Assembly: GCF_022045235.1 (NCBI RefSeq)
Contig: NW_027266266.1
Span: 6,200,001-6,264,000, forward strand
Source of the DNA: Haliotis cracherodii
Taxonomy: Eukaryota
Reading direction: 5' to 3'
DNA length: 64,000 bases
Shown: in pieces, positions 22,398 through 32,645 of the stretch
How the letters are laid out: every line of letters begins with the position of its first letter
Numbering within the stretch: position 1 is the stretch's first letter
Position numbers and translations under genes: made by a program
The notes under the pieces: generated by a model
Told to the model about the DNA's origin: nothing
The model's database searches: none
The model's input: only the letters and a program-made list of their open reading frames with translations

Positions 22398-22882
22398 ATG
22401 GCCTGTCAACCAGCGAAACGAAAGCGACACGTTACAGCACGCGAAAAAGGGAAATTTGTCTGTTTAAGGAAAAACACCCGTCAGCAAGTTTGAAAACCAT
22501 CAGCAAGCATTATGACACTGAATTTGGACATACCATAGGAAAATCGACAATTGGTGACATTTTAAAAGACAAACAGAAGTGGCTAAATCTCCCGGGAAAA
22601 TTCAAATGATCCCGTGTAGCAAAACACCAGAAGCTGGAAGATGCATTATATCTTTGGTTGTGTGACATGACAAGTCGTAATGTGCCCGTTAATGATGAAA
22701 TGCTGATAGAGAAAGCTCGCGATTTTGGTGGCAAAATGGACATTTCTGACCTTGATTGCATATTACATATTTGAAGGGAAGTAACTCTTCAAGTAAGAAG
22801 CTGGTTTCAGTTATACGGAAATTCGTTTATACGGACGAATTGTGAAATGACGCAAGTGTCCGTATAAACGAGGCACGACTGT
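22398..22882 (+). mobile_element. pogo/Tigger-family transposon remnant (CENP-B-type HTH domains plus right TIR)
   Basis: MACQPAKRKRHVTARE / KREICLFKEKHP..IGKSTIGDILKDKQKW..* ..KHQKLEDALYLW..NVPVNDEMLIEKARDF; ends CGAGGCACGACTG-TA. Confidence 0.85.
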
Positions 22883-22963
22883 ATATTGCAATATATTGTG
22901 TTTACCAACATACAGCCAGCCAATAATATAAGGAAACATACAACTTATACAGGTGACATGATT

Positions 22964-23439
22964 TTATTTTGTGCAAAGAGCGCATGTCAGCTCCCAGCCC
23001 TCAACATATGGTGGGCAAGGTAAAGTACCGCATTTAGAGTCGACCAGGTACAAGATATGACCGTTGGTGTTTGCCTTACCCCCTGCGATAGCTTCTGCAT
23101 CGCCATCAACACAGACATAATCAGTATGACCAGTATATTGTTCAGTGGCTCCCCCGAAGAGGTACCCCTTGTATTCCAGGTGCCACCCAGGGAAGCACTC
23201 ATTCCTGGCAGGGACCATGGCAGCACTCCTCCTGTGACGACTGTGACACACCACACACGGGATATCATCTTGAAACAGTTTATGAAGAGGCGCTGTCTCT
23301 GCATCAGTTTGGTACTCGGCACCATAGAGATCGCTTTGTGATCCTACTGGAGAATGGTTGGCGTAGATAGGCGCCTCGGGGAGGCACAGAGTTGTCCCTG
23401 GACCACCCGTGGCCTGGTAATGGCTTCCTCCTGCATAAC
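22964..23439 (-). CDS. Secreted short-chain collagen C4-like protein, exon 4 (last)
   Basis: Acceptor atgtcag|GT. Reads YAGGSHY...LCLP...LYGAEY...DIPCVVC...PARNECFPGWHLEYKGYL...YVCVD...LPCPPY...ELTCALCTK*, the Cys pattern of this invertebrate C4/NC1-like family. Confidence 0.9.
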
Positions 23440-23481
23440 CTGACATTAGCCCAACTGTATTTTAATGTGTGATAAGATAAA

Positions 23482-23752
23482 GTTGGTTTGTTGGTTGTTT
23501 TGTTGTTTAACGCCGCACTCCACAATATTCCAGCTATTTGACGGCGGTCTGTAAATAATCGAGTCTGGACCAGACAATCTAGTGATTGACATCATGAGCA
23601 TCGATCTACGCAATTGGGATCGATGACCTGCATCAACCAAGTCAGCGAGCCTGACCACCCGATCCCGTTAGTCGCCTCTTACGGCAAGCATAGTCGCCAT
23701 TTACGGCAAGCATGGGTTGCTGAAGACCTATTCTACCCCGGATCTCCACGGG
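23482..23752 (-). mobile_element. Nin-domain non-autonomous retroelement without tRNA head (family N), full length
   Basis: Starts CCCGTGGAGATCCGGGGTAGAATAGGTCTTCAG, contains ATGCTTGCCGTAAGAGGCGACTAA, ends GCTGGAATATTGTGGAGTGCGGCGTTAAACAACAA. Other copies at 1-129, 350-557, 9958-10187, 17726-17985, 36135-36370 and several fragments. Confidence 0.85.
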
Positions 23753-23954
23753 CAGTTAAGATAAAGATACTATTTGACTATAGTAGTATGTTTTTTCTTA
23801 TCTACCCGTAAAGATCCGGGGTAGAAGATAAAGATACTATTCGACTATAGTTATTGATTTTCATATTTATGAAATAATAAATACATAAATGTTACATTCA
23901 GTTTTGTGGAGTGGAATTCTGGCACAACTACTCATAAAACCATCTGAGGGAAAG

Positions 23955-24180
23955 TAACTCTTTCAAAATGTTTAATGCTAGACATGTGGAGAACATTTCC
24001 AAATCTGAAACATCAGTGATCAAAGTGATGTCAGATGCGATTCCTTGTATTGAGTTGCACCATATGTTCCCGTGTTTTTCCAGGTCAACAATTGACTTGC
24101 CTTTGCGTGTGTTTGTGACTGGTAACACTGGTGGGTAGGATACGCTGACCGTTTCGGGACCACCTGGTATTATCACTTTT
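23955..24180 (+). mobile_element. Same Naiad-like PLE 3' fragment family, in intron 3 of the C4-like gene
   Basis: AGACATGTGGAGAACATTTCCAAAT...GATGTCAGATGCGATTCC...GGTAGGATACGCTGACCG matches the other copies. Confidence 0.68.
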
Positions 24181-24263
24181 TGATAGTGATTCATATGCAC
24201 ATGCTCATGATACAGTCGGAATCGTACACTCGACGTATAAAAGAGTTTTGTTACATTTTTTAC

Positions 24264-24332
24264 CTTTATACATGACATCATTTCCTGACGGACATGTTGT
24301 CCTCCCCCACCGAGTGAACACAGCTCCTCCTT
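24264..24332 (-). CDS. C4-like protein, exon 3
   Basis: tctag|AA GGAVFTRWGRTTCPSGNDVMYK G|GTAAAA. Phase 1-1, joins in frame to exon 4. GAVFTRWG..CP is the usual start of this domain. Confidence 0.88.
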
Positions 24333-24535
24333 CTAGACATGGCCAGACAAAAAAAACAGATTTCAGTACATACAAATAAATGCACAATGTAAAGACGTTT
24401 TCCGGTGCAAAATGACATGGTTGTGAAACCACGTAAACCTTTGTTGATTTTTATTTGTGCGGTATGGGTTACGAAAGCCTAAACGTTTTCATAGTATTGT
24501 GTCATGTTGTGTCAAAAGACAAAGATAAGTTATAC

Positions 24536-24670
24536 CCAGGTCGCTTCCATGTGGAGTGAAAGTTTCTGGTTGCAGAACCTTCTCTCCCAGATAGAGTCTC
24601 AGCAGTGACCTCAGATCATGCAAGAACCTCCGGTTGGTGGACGGATGTGTGTACGGATTGTAGATATCAG
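24536..24670 (-). CDS. C4-like protein, exon 2
   Basis: ttttttcacag|CT DIYNPYTHPSTNRRFLHDLRSLLRLYLGEKVLQPETFTPHGSDL G|GTATAA. 135 bp, phase 1-1, no stop. Confidence 0.75.
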
Positions 24671-24739
24671 CTGTGAAAAAATAAACATATTCGGTGAAGG
24701 AGCTTCTCTAAGTTTAATTTAGTATCAGATTGTCTGACA

Positions 24740-25635
24740 TACTCACATGATTTGTTCATATTGTAACAGGACATGTCATTAACATAACCACGTGATTTGT
24801 TAATATTGTAACGGGACACGTCAATAATATAACCACGTGATTTGTTCATATTGTAGTGGGACACGTCATTGATATAACCACGTGATTTGTTCATATTGTA
24901 GTGGGACACGTCATTAACATAACCACGTGATTTGTTAATATTGTAGTGGGACACGTCATTAACATAACCACGTGATTTGTTCATATTGTAGTGGGACACG
25001 TCATTAACATAACCACGTGATTTGTTCATATTGTAGTGGGACACGTCATTAACATAACCACGTGATTTGTTCATATTGTAGTGGGACACGTCATTAATAT
25101 AACCACGTGATTTGTTCATATTGTAGTGGGACACGTCATTAATATAACCACGTGATTTGTTCATATTGTAGTGGGACACATCATTAATATAACCACGTGA
25201 TTTGTTCATATTGTAGTGGGATACGTTATTATCATAACCACGTGATTTGTTCATATCGTAGTGGGACACGTCATTAACATAACCACGTGATTTGTTCATA
25301 TTGTAATTGGACACGTTATCATCATAACCACGTGATATATTCATATTGTAGCAGGACACGTCATTAACATAACCACGTGATTTGTTCATATTGTAGCAGG
25401 ACATGTATTTACCAAAACCACGTGATTTGATCATTTCGTAGCAGTTGACGCCATCAACATAAGCACGTGATTTGTTCATATTTTAGTGGGACACGTCATG
25501 AACATAACCACGTGATTTGTTCATATTCTAGCAGGACACGTCATCAACATACCTACATGATTTGTTCATACTGTAGCAGGACACGTATTTACCATAACCA
25601 CGTGATTTGTTCATTTCGTAGCAGGACATGTCAAT
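24740..25635. repeat. 45-bp minisatellite in intron 1 of the C4-like gene
   Basis: Unit AACCACGTGATTTGTTCATATTGTAGTGGGACACGTCATTAACAT, about 20 copies. Confidence 0.96.
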
Positions 25636-25753
25636 TAAGACGAAAATATACACCATGTGTTGTAGGGACGCTTATTCCTTGTTTCATAGAATGCCTGGAT
25701 GTGGAAGGAAAATTGATAGTCGATCGTCTCAGTGTGAATAAACGAACACTTAC

Positions 25754-25808
25754 CTTTGACCATCTCTGCCGCCAGGACGATGATGGTAGCATGCAGCGTT
25801 AACGTCAT
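25754..25808 (-). CDS. C4-like protein, exon 1 (probable signal peptide)
   Basis: ACAACC-ATG, MTLTLHATIIVLAAEMVK, then G|GTAAGT consensus donor, phase 1. Spliced product 244 aa. Confidence 0.7.
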
Positions 25809-25816
25809 GGTTGTGG

Positions 25817-25849
25817 ACTGAATACAACCCATGCGGTTGTGGTTATAAA
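25817..25849 (-). promoter_or_regulatory. TATA-like box plus initiator of the C4-like gene
   Basis: Minus-strand TTTATAA (25849-25843) lies about 30 nt before TCAGT (25821-25817), directly ahead of the ATG. Confidence 0.5.
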
Positions 25850-26627
25850 GACGTATACTACACGGTTGGGACATAGACAGCTGGACATAATTTCAATATT
25901 TCCACTGTCCAAACACATCAAGGTGTTCCTCAATCAACGTTTTCAAAACACGCTGAGTACCAGCAAATGGAATGTTTATTTGCCCAGCTGTTGGTGCGCA
26001 TTTAAATACTATATCTCTAAAGTGGGTCTTAATGCAGATCGATATTAAAGTTTGAAGACATCATATTGTGTGATTTATATAAGGTACATATATGTAAATA
26101 TAAAACGTCAATGCAAGAGAATAACCAGTCTTGATTATCCTCCGAAACAAATTCCATTTGGCGTATAGGTAAAAATAGCTGCTAAAATATATGAATGGAC
26201 CACTGAACCACTGGACCAGTGATTGGTCAGTAGGAGAGGCATAGAAAGGACATAACTCGCAATAGCCACTGGTGGCGTTACGATCGAGCCTACGAATTCC
26301 AGCCTAGTTCGGCAAGGGTGGAAACTGGACTTTTATAGTCAGTTAACTCCCTTGCCTCGGGAAGATGTGATGACACCAGATGTTCGCAAAGAGGGTAAGC
26401 ATGTCCTGCCCTACCTGTAGGTAAAAATAACCAACGAAAGTTAGAGGCATGACGTGGCTTAACAGCTTGCGACGGCGGCCTGTGAATAAACCAGACAATC
26501 AAGTGATCGATCGACCAGACAATCCAGTGACGCCATAGCGCATTTACTGATTTCGTTGAAACAAATAAAGTGTGAAATACGCCTGCTGCGTACAAGTGCA
26601 GAGATTATATTACTTATATGTGAATTA

Positions 26628-26692
26628 GGTGAGGTGAGGTGAAATGGGGTTTAACGTCGCGTCCAAGATTATTGCACTTATGTAGCGACGTG

Positions 26693-26761
<69 letters not shown>

Positions 26762-27015
26762 TTCTTTATGGTCTCAAACCTATCGTTTACAGAACTGTCT
26801 TGTCGTTTAGTCTACGTCTTTAAGCGTAGGTGTCACCCTCTTATCTGCCGCAGTTTCACATAATAACCCCACCCAAACACAGTACACTGACTCCGAGCCG
26901 ACCAGTCCTTGTTTTATCCCCTCAATGCCGAGCGCCAGACAGGGTAACAACAAGTACCATCTTCGTCTTTTGGTATGACGCGGCCGGGGATCGAGCCCCG
27001 GACCTTCCGCTCTCC
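26628..27015 (-). mobile_element. Family M SINE with expanded (GT)n and a foreign ~85-bp segment
   Basis: Homology to 36521-36877; (GT)n at ~26696-26760. Confidence 0.85.
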
Positions 27016-27159
27016 GAAGATAAACCTACTGTGCTTTGATATTGGATGTAGTCCCACTGCAGAGTCTTATTGTAATTTGGAACCGAGCAGTGTTTTCTGA
27101 TGGACTTTCAAATCCCCTACGTTGGTGGTTGACTCAGATGACGATGAATATCGATCCCA

Positions 27160-27396
27160 GTGAGTGAGTTCCAGTTATATCGCGGCGTATCAGCTTAATG
27201 TGGGAGGAAAGCCCGAAGTGATGCGGGTCTCAGACGTTTACCATTTCGGTGAAACCGACGAATGCTGACAAACCTAGAATTATAATCGGGGCGAACCGGG
27301 ATTCGAACCCACAATCATAGGTTTCTGGCATGCCCAAGGGACGCAACTCTGCACAGCGAATCGCGGCGCCTTAGACGACTGGGCCACCCGTGCCCC
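27160..27396 (-). mobile_element. Family V SINE
   Basis: 13-bp TSD AATATCGATCCCA. Confidence 0.92.
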
Positions 27397-27949
27397 AATA
27401 TCGATCCCATAAAAAGGTTTGTAAACAACATGTTATCATGAATAGTTTTTAAAAATAGTTTTTATAATGCTTTATTTTACCTTTATTGTCGTTTGTTTTA
27501 ATGAGGAAATTACCGAATATGACCCAAAGCAGTTTTATTAACGATATCATTTGTATGCAAAAGATCTGTCTTCGTTAAGCCTTGTCATCTCGTCATCAAA
27601 CCAGTAAGAGTTGCGGTATAGGACGTGAACATCGTAGCCAAAACATCCGATATCAAAGGTACCGTATTACACCTGTTAGGCGCCCGGGCGTCTATTGATT
27701 TCTCGAGCCGTTGACCCCGCGTGTATGAGAGACCCAGCGTGTATAGGTGAAATATCGTATACAGTTCTGATGGGCTATGGCCAGCCATTTATTTAAGGAT
27801 GGATATGTATGCTATCTATGAATATATGCTTTGTGTGAAAAGGTTTAAAGTAAAAGAGGTCTCAGTAGGAACAAGGATGTCCCGTTTTAACCATTCAAAA
27901 TGAAGCATTCTTCAATGTCATGGTAGAATAAACAATAATGACTTTTGTG

Positions 27950-28455
27950 AATTACAACTTCGTTCTTTCAGTGCGTCGCTTCCGTACCGACGGCGGTACC
28001 GTTATGGTAAACAGGTGTTGTCGTTGTACAAAGGCATTGAAAACTTCATATTAGCATGTCACATCAGGCCACAAGGTTGCGCTGAACTCAATATCTCGTG
28101 TGACCGCCCGGGCAGCAATGACGGTTCTTCTGCATCTCTTCGGCATTGACTGGATAAGTGTACGAATTCTGTCCTGCGGAATTCTGCGCCATTCTGCTTG
28201 TAACGCGTTGGCCAGTTGTGGGAGTGTCTGCGGCGTGGTCTGACGTTTACGTACACGTCGATCGAGTTCATCCCAGAGGTGTTCGATTGGGTTGAGATCT
28301 GGAGATCTCGACGGCCAGGGCGTTTTGACACACGGTTTGTCGAATATCAGGCCACAAACGTTTTCCAATAACATATATCCAATTAATATACCGTGTCTTT
28401 TTGTGTAGTCAAGTTCAATTCACTACTACCTGTGCGTTTCTTTTTTGGAAGTTTC
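27950..28455 (-). mobile_element. Internally deleted Tc1-type transposon
   Basis: WPSRSPDLNPIEHLWDEL..L..EW..IP..I..LI.SMPKRC transposase C-terminus. TIR-like AAAAAAGAAACGCA at ~28433-28446 also occurs at ~44495-44508. Confidence 0.85.
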
Positions 28456-28669
28456 ATTTTTTTGTACGAGGGGCCTATTTATCTTGGACTATGTTGATGG
28501 AATTAATGCTTAATATTTTTCCCCATAATCCCCTCTGTGATCCACTGACTTCTGTAAATATAAGCGAACAAAAAAAACATTTCCATAATCAAAACAGAAA
28601 TATCTGCCCAAAATTGTAGTCCATTGTATTCCGACCATATCATGATCATGTTTGAATAACTGTCAAATA

Positions 28670-29000
28670 GTGATGACACCAGGTGTTCGCGAAAAGGTGA
28701 GCGTATCCTCCACCACCGGTTGTACACGTCAAACACACATGCAAAGGCAAGTCAATTGTTCAACTGGAAAAAAACACGGGAACATGGTACATCTTAATAC
28801 AGGGAATTGGATCTGACATCATTTTGGTCAGATTTGGAAATGTCGTCCACATGTCTTCCATAAAACTTTGTGAAAGCTTTACCGAAGCTTTTAAAGTTAT
28901 AACCGTGATCGAACAACTTCGGAGCAAGAGTCGTATGACGGTCTTTGAAATCTTGGTAGAAAGAGAATGCTCAATAGCACCTCAAAAGTTGTGAAATGGG
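28670..29000 (-). mobile_element. 3' fragment of a Penelope-like element with no endonuclease after the RT (Naiad/Chlamys-like)
   Basis: ISQLLRCY*AFSFYQDFKDRHTTLAPKLFDHGYNFKSFGKAFTKFYGRHVDDISK, then a conserved short 3' tail. Confidence 0.75.
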
Positions 29001-29522
29001 CTAGAACTGCAGGAATAGAGCTTGACATAAAGGGAAAGCTGTCGTTTGTTTGTATTCCAGGCGCCAATTAGTGAAGCACTTATTCCTGGCAAAGTCCACA
29101 CACGTCATAAACATAAGGCGCTGCCTGTTAGACATCCATCAGTTTGGTTTAAACATATTTTATTTCAAAAGAAATCTGGATCAGTAAACAAGCCAAGCCT
29201 GCTTATGTAAATACCTCTCCAGGTAACAACTTAACAACAGCTGGTTATATATAAAATTGTGCTAAACATAAACATACCAAATGCACAAATGAAATACATG
29301 AAGCCAATACATTAAAGCAAGTTGAAGCCCTCAATATCCCAGTATAGTACAGGAAACACTGAATGTGTGCATAGCGCATATCGACGTGCTTACCTGTGCC
29401 TCGAGCTTTGTACCAGAACCGATGTGCGTGTCGCAGGGACGACGTCCACAAAGACGTTAACGAATAATGACACACAAATGTGTGTGACATTCAGTTTTAA
29501 TGTCGACGAAAGTTGCGCGTAG

Positions 29523-29799
29523 GGTGAGTGAGTTGGATTTAACGCCGCTTTTAACAGTATTCCATTTATATCACGGCGTGTCAGCTTAATGTGGGAGGAA
29601 AGCCCGAAGTGATGCAGGTCTCAGACATTTACCACTTCGATGAAACCCACGAGCACGGGTATGGTGCTGACAAACCAAGAAATATAATCGGGGCGAACCG
29701 GGATTCGAACCCACAATCATAGATTTCTGGCGTGCCCAAGAGACGCAACTTTGCACAGCGAATAGCGGCGCCTTAGACGACTGGGCCACCCGTTCCCCC
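29523..29799 (-). mobile_element. Family V SINE
   Basis: 11-bp TSD GTTGCGCGTAG. Confidence 0.92.
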
Positions 29800-30123
29800 G
29801 TTGCGCGTAGAAAATGGTCCTGATTAGAGTCAGTCTCTCCTGGTGAATGGTTTACAAGAAGATAAGAGGGTGACACCTACGCTTAAAGACGTAGACTTAA
29901 CGACAAGACAGTTCTGTAAACGATAGTTTTGAGACCATAAAGAATCACACGCACATACGCACGCACGCACATACGCACACACGCACGCAATGAGCACACA
30001 CATATTACAAGATCCTCAAAGGCAGATGCAGTCAGCTTTAGAACGAATTAAGGATGTCAATGGTTGATCGCCCGGAAATGATACATTCGTGAAATGTTTG
30101 GAATCTCCCACTGCATGTACATA

Positions 30124-30440
30124 CCGCCTCCGTGGTCTAGTGGTAGAGCGTCCGCCCGGAGACGTACCAAAAGACGTTAACAGGTGGTACTTGTTGTTAC
30201 CCTGTCTGGCGCTCGGCATTTAGGGGCTGAAACAAGGACTGGTCGGCTCGGAGTCAGTATACTGTGTCTGAGTGGTGTATTCATGTTAAACTGCGACATG
30301 GTATCTCAGTGAGCTAGCACTATAAATCGGCATCAGTCCGGACTAGTACAAGCAGCCACACAAACACACACATGTACATGCACGTCGCTATATAAGTGCA
30401 ATAATCTTGGACGCGACGTTAAACCCAATTTCATTTCATT
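30124..30440 (+). mobile_element. Family M SINE
   Basis: Homology to 36521-36877; B box deleted. Confidence 0.87.
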
Positions 30441-32009
30441 TTGTGTTGAGGATACAACTTTGATCTCAAGGTACAGTCGCTATGCACGTTGTGTTCACTA
30501 TACTTCATCCATTGACAGGAACGACAGGCACAACCAGGTGTACCTCATCACAGCTCTTTGACTTAATATGGTTTCATGTTCTGACAATGTGTCATTTCCC
30601 AACATTGCCAATGACGCCGGTAGCAAAGCAACTACATGATGAACACATTGCACGAGAACACATTTAATGCAAGTCTATAATGAAGGTCGGCCTAGTAGTA
30701 CTGTGTCAATGGCTTGTCTACCCTTCCTCTGGGTACACGCTCAATCACTGACACGGTTGCTGACACATCCTTCATGGTATACACCAACAAGCAAACCCTT
30801 TTCCCCAAATTCCATACTTTCGAAACTCTCCCAGTCAGCCTAAAACTCATCCCCCTGGAACTCTTGTCAAGGGTAATCTCCTCTTCTAAGAGGGTTTGAG
30901 CTTTTATGTTTGCCTAAAGCAAAATCGCCTTTACTCTGTTGTCCGAGGTTCGACCTTGTTTCTCTGCCATTACGTGTGTAGATTCGAAATGTCATCGCCA
31001 GAAATCAACCAGTCTTGATTATCCCGCGATATGCCAAGGAGAGGCACGGGCCACCGAGCCATGGATGCCCGTGCCTGTAATAAAAACACAAGATGAGATT
31101 GGGTTAAATGGCCGAGGGTGTGCAGGTACTAGTGGGCTACTAAGCTGCTAGTTGTGTATACCAAAATGCTGCCGTTGCCATGGCCACTAGCGTGGCCAAA
31201 GGCGATTCGCAGCTAGCGCTGATGGCCTGAGACTGCTACCGCTGTCCGCCCCCCACGGTACCATATTTAAACGCTACTATTGCTTGGCAACTACCACGCT
31301 GCCAAAAGCAACTACCGCTGCTGACCTAAATCAGACTACCGCTGCCCGGCCCCAGGTAGCCGGCCAAAGCAGATACCACTGCCTGGCACAATTAGCAAAA
31401 CCATTGTGCGACTACCGCCGCGGACCCAACTGTCAGCTACTGCTTGACAAGACGACTTCCGCCGCCGGGCCGATATACGTGGCAATTGGTTGCCCAACGT
31501 ATGTTATTTTACGATTCCGCGGCTGAAAAGTCGGGAAAGACAAGGTTCCCACTGAGAAGCAGTTAACCCCGGAAAGGTTCCTGCTGAAAAGCAGGTGGCC
31601 TTAAGCACGAGTATTAATTTGGAAGCTAGTTACTTTGTTACTAGCAGTGTAGCCCACAAGAACTCCGCCACAAAGCAGTCTTGAATATCTGCCAAAACAT
31701 TCCTCAGAGAAAAAAGCAGCAACATAATGATAAAAAGTATATCAACGGAACACTAAAATTCAGTGATGACACACGGTGTTCTCACAAAAAGGGAGCACGT
31801 TCATGTTGTGAAAAGCATCAGATTAACATTGACAACAGCAGGTAATAGATATTTTAACAAACAGATAATTGGATGAAGCCAGATGTCAAGTAAGAAGAAC
31901 AAATAGCACACGGATAATGACGCCAGGTGTTCAGTAAGGATAAGGATTAAAAGAATTAATAGGATTAAACAGTTGTGACAAGCTGATTAGATCCTAATTA
32001 AAATATTCT

Positions 32010-32645
32010 GTTGCTTGATCAGATCTTCACTGGCAGACGGGATGTATTACCCACTGTTGATGAAAGGTTTGTGACGGCGGATTTCTGTAGCTTCTGAGAG
32101 TTTTCTTTCTTTTGGTGAATCTCTGATGTCTGGCTGAGAGGATTTTGACTTTGTTAAACTGATTTTGATGGCTAAGGAACTTTTGCTGGTGACTGATTTG
32201 CTGTCTGCTTTGGCTGTTGAAGTCTCATGGTCTTTGATGCGGGTATCTCCTGGACGGGAGGTTTCACCAAAGTATAGGCACCACAGTCACAATTAATCTT
32301 ATAGATTACTCCTTTGGGGAGTTGCCTGTAGGAGGGGGGTTGCGACCATTAGCTTGGAGGATGGTTCTGAGGGATGGGGAGACAATGAAGAAGGTGTCGA
32401 TGCTGTTTGGTGCTGTTTGGTAATCTGCTGATTTGATGAGGGGTCTTGCCAATGCTGGATAGGGTGACTGTGTTTGGGGCGGATTCGGGTCTGGTTGGTT
32501 GGTTGGTCTGGATGCCACACTTTGTATTGGGGTTGGTTAGAGTTTAAATGAATGTACTGGTCTGAATGGGTAGGTTTTCTGTAGACAGTGGTTTAGATCT
32601 TGCTGTTGGGGTCTCTGGATACAAGGACGTGTAGGAAGGGAGCTG
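32010..32645 (-). mobile_element. Decayed Penelope-like element (RT C-terminal motifs plus GIY-YIG endonuclease)
   Basis: PFLHVLVSRDPNSKI*TTVYRKPTHSDQYIHLNSNQP, then GVIYKINCDCGA / YFGETSRPGDTRIKDHE ... KVKIL ... EATEIRRHKP; stops and frameshifts present. Confidence 0.9.

Noticed and set aside
24667-25479. 270-aa SHYNMNKSRGYVNDV repeat ORF
   Set aside because: 45-bp minisatellite inside an intron bounded by good splice sites.
25655-25697. Possible extra mini-exon of the C4-like gene
   Set aside because: In the required phase it reads GC ATT CTA TGA, an immediate stop.
28672-28696. TGATGA...GAAA hammerhead-like look of the Naiad-type tail on the plus strand
   Set aside because: Stem II does not abut GAAA and the C3 position is not conserved.
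28971-28973. In-frame TGA in the PLE RT fragment as a possible selenocysteine codon
   Set aside because: It aligns to an expected Arg position (CGA to TGA decay) in a degraded copy, not to a Cys position.
30690-30915. Minus-strand open stretch after an acceptor-like TTTGCTTTAG
   Set aside because: No recognisable domain or partner exon.
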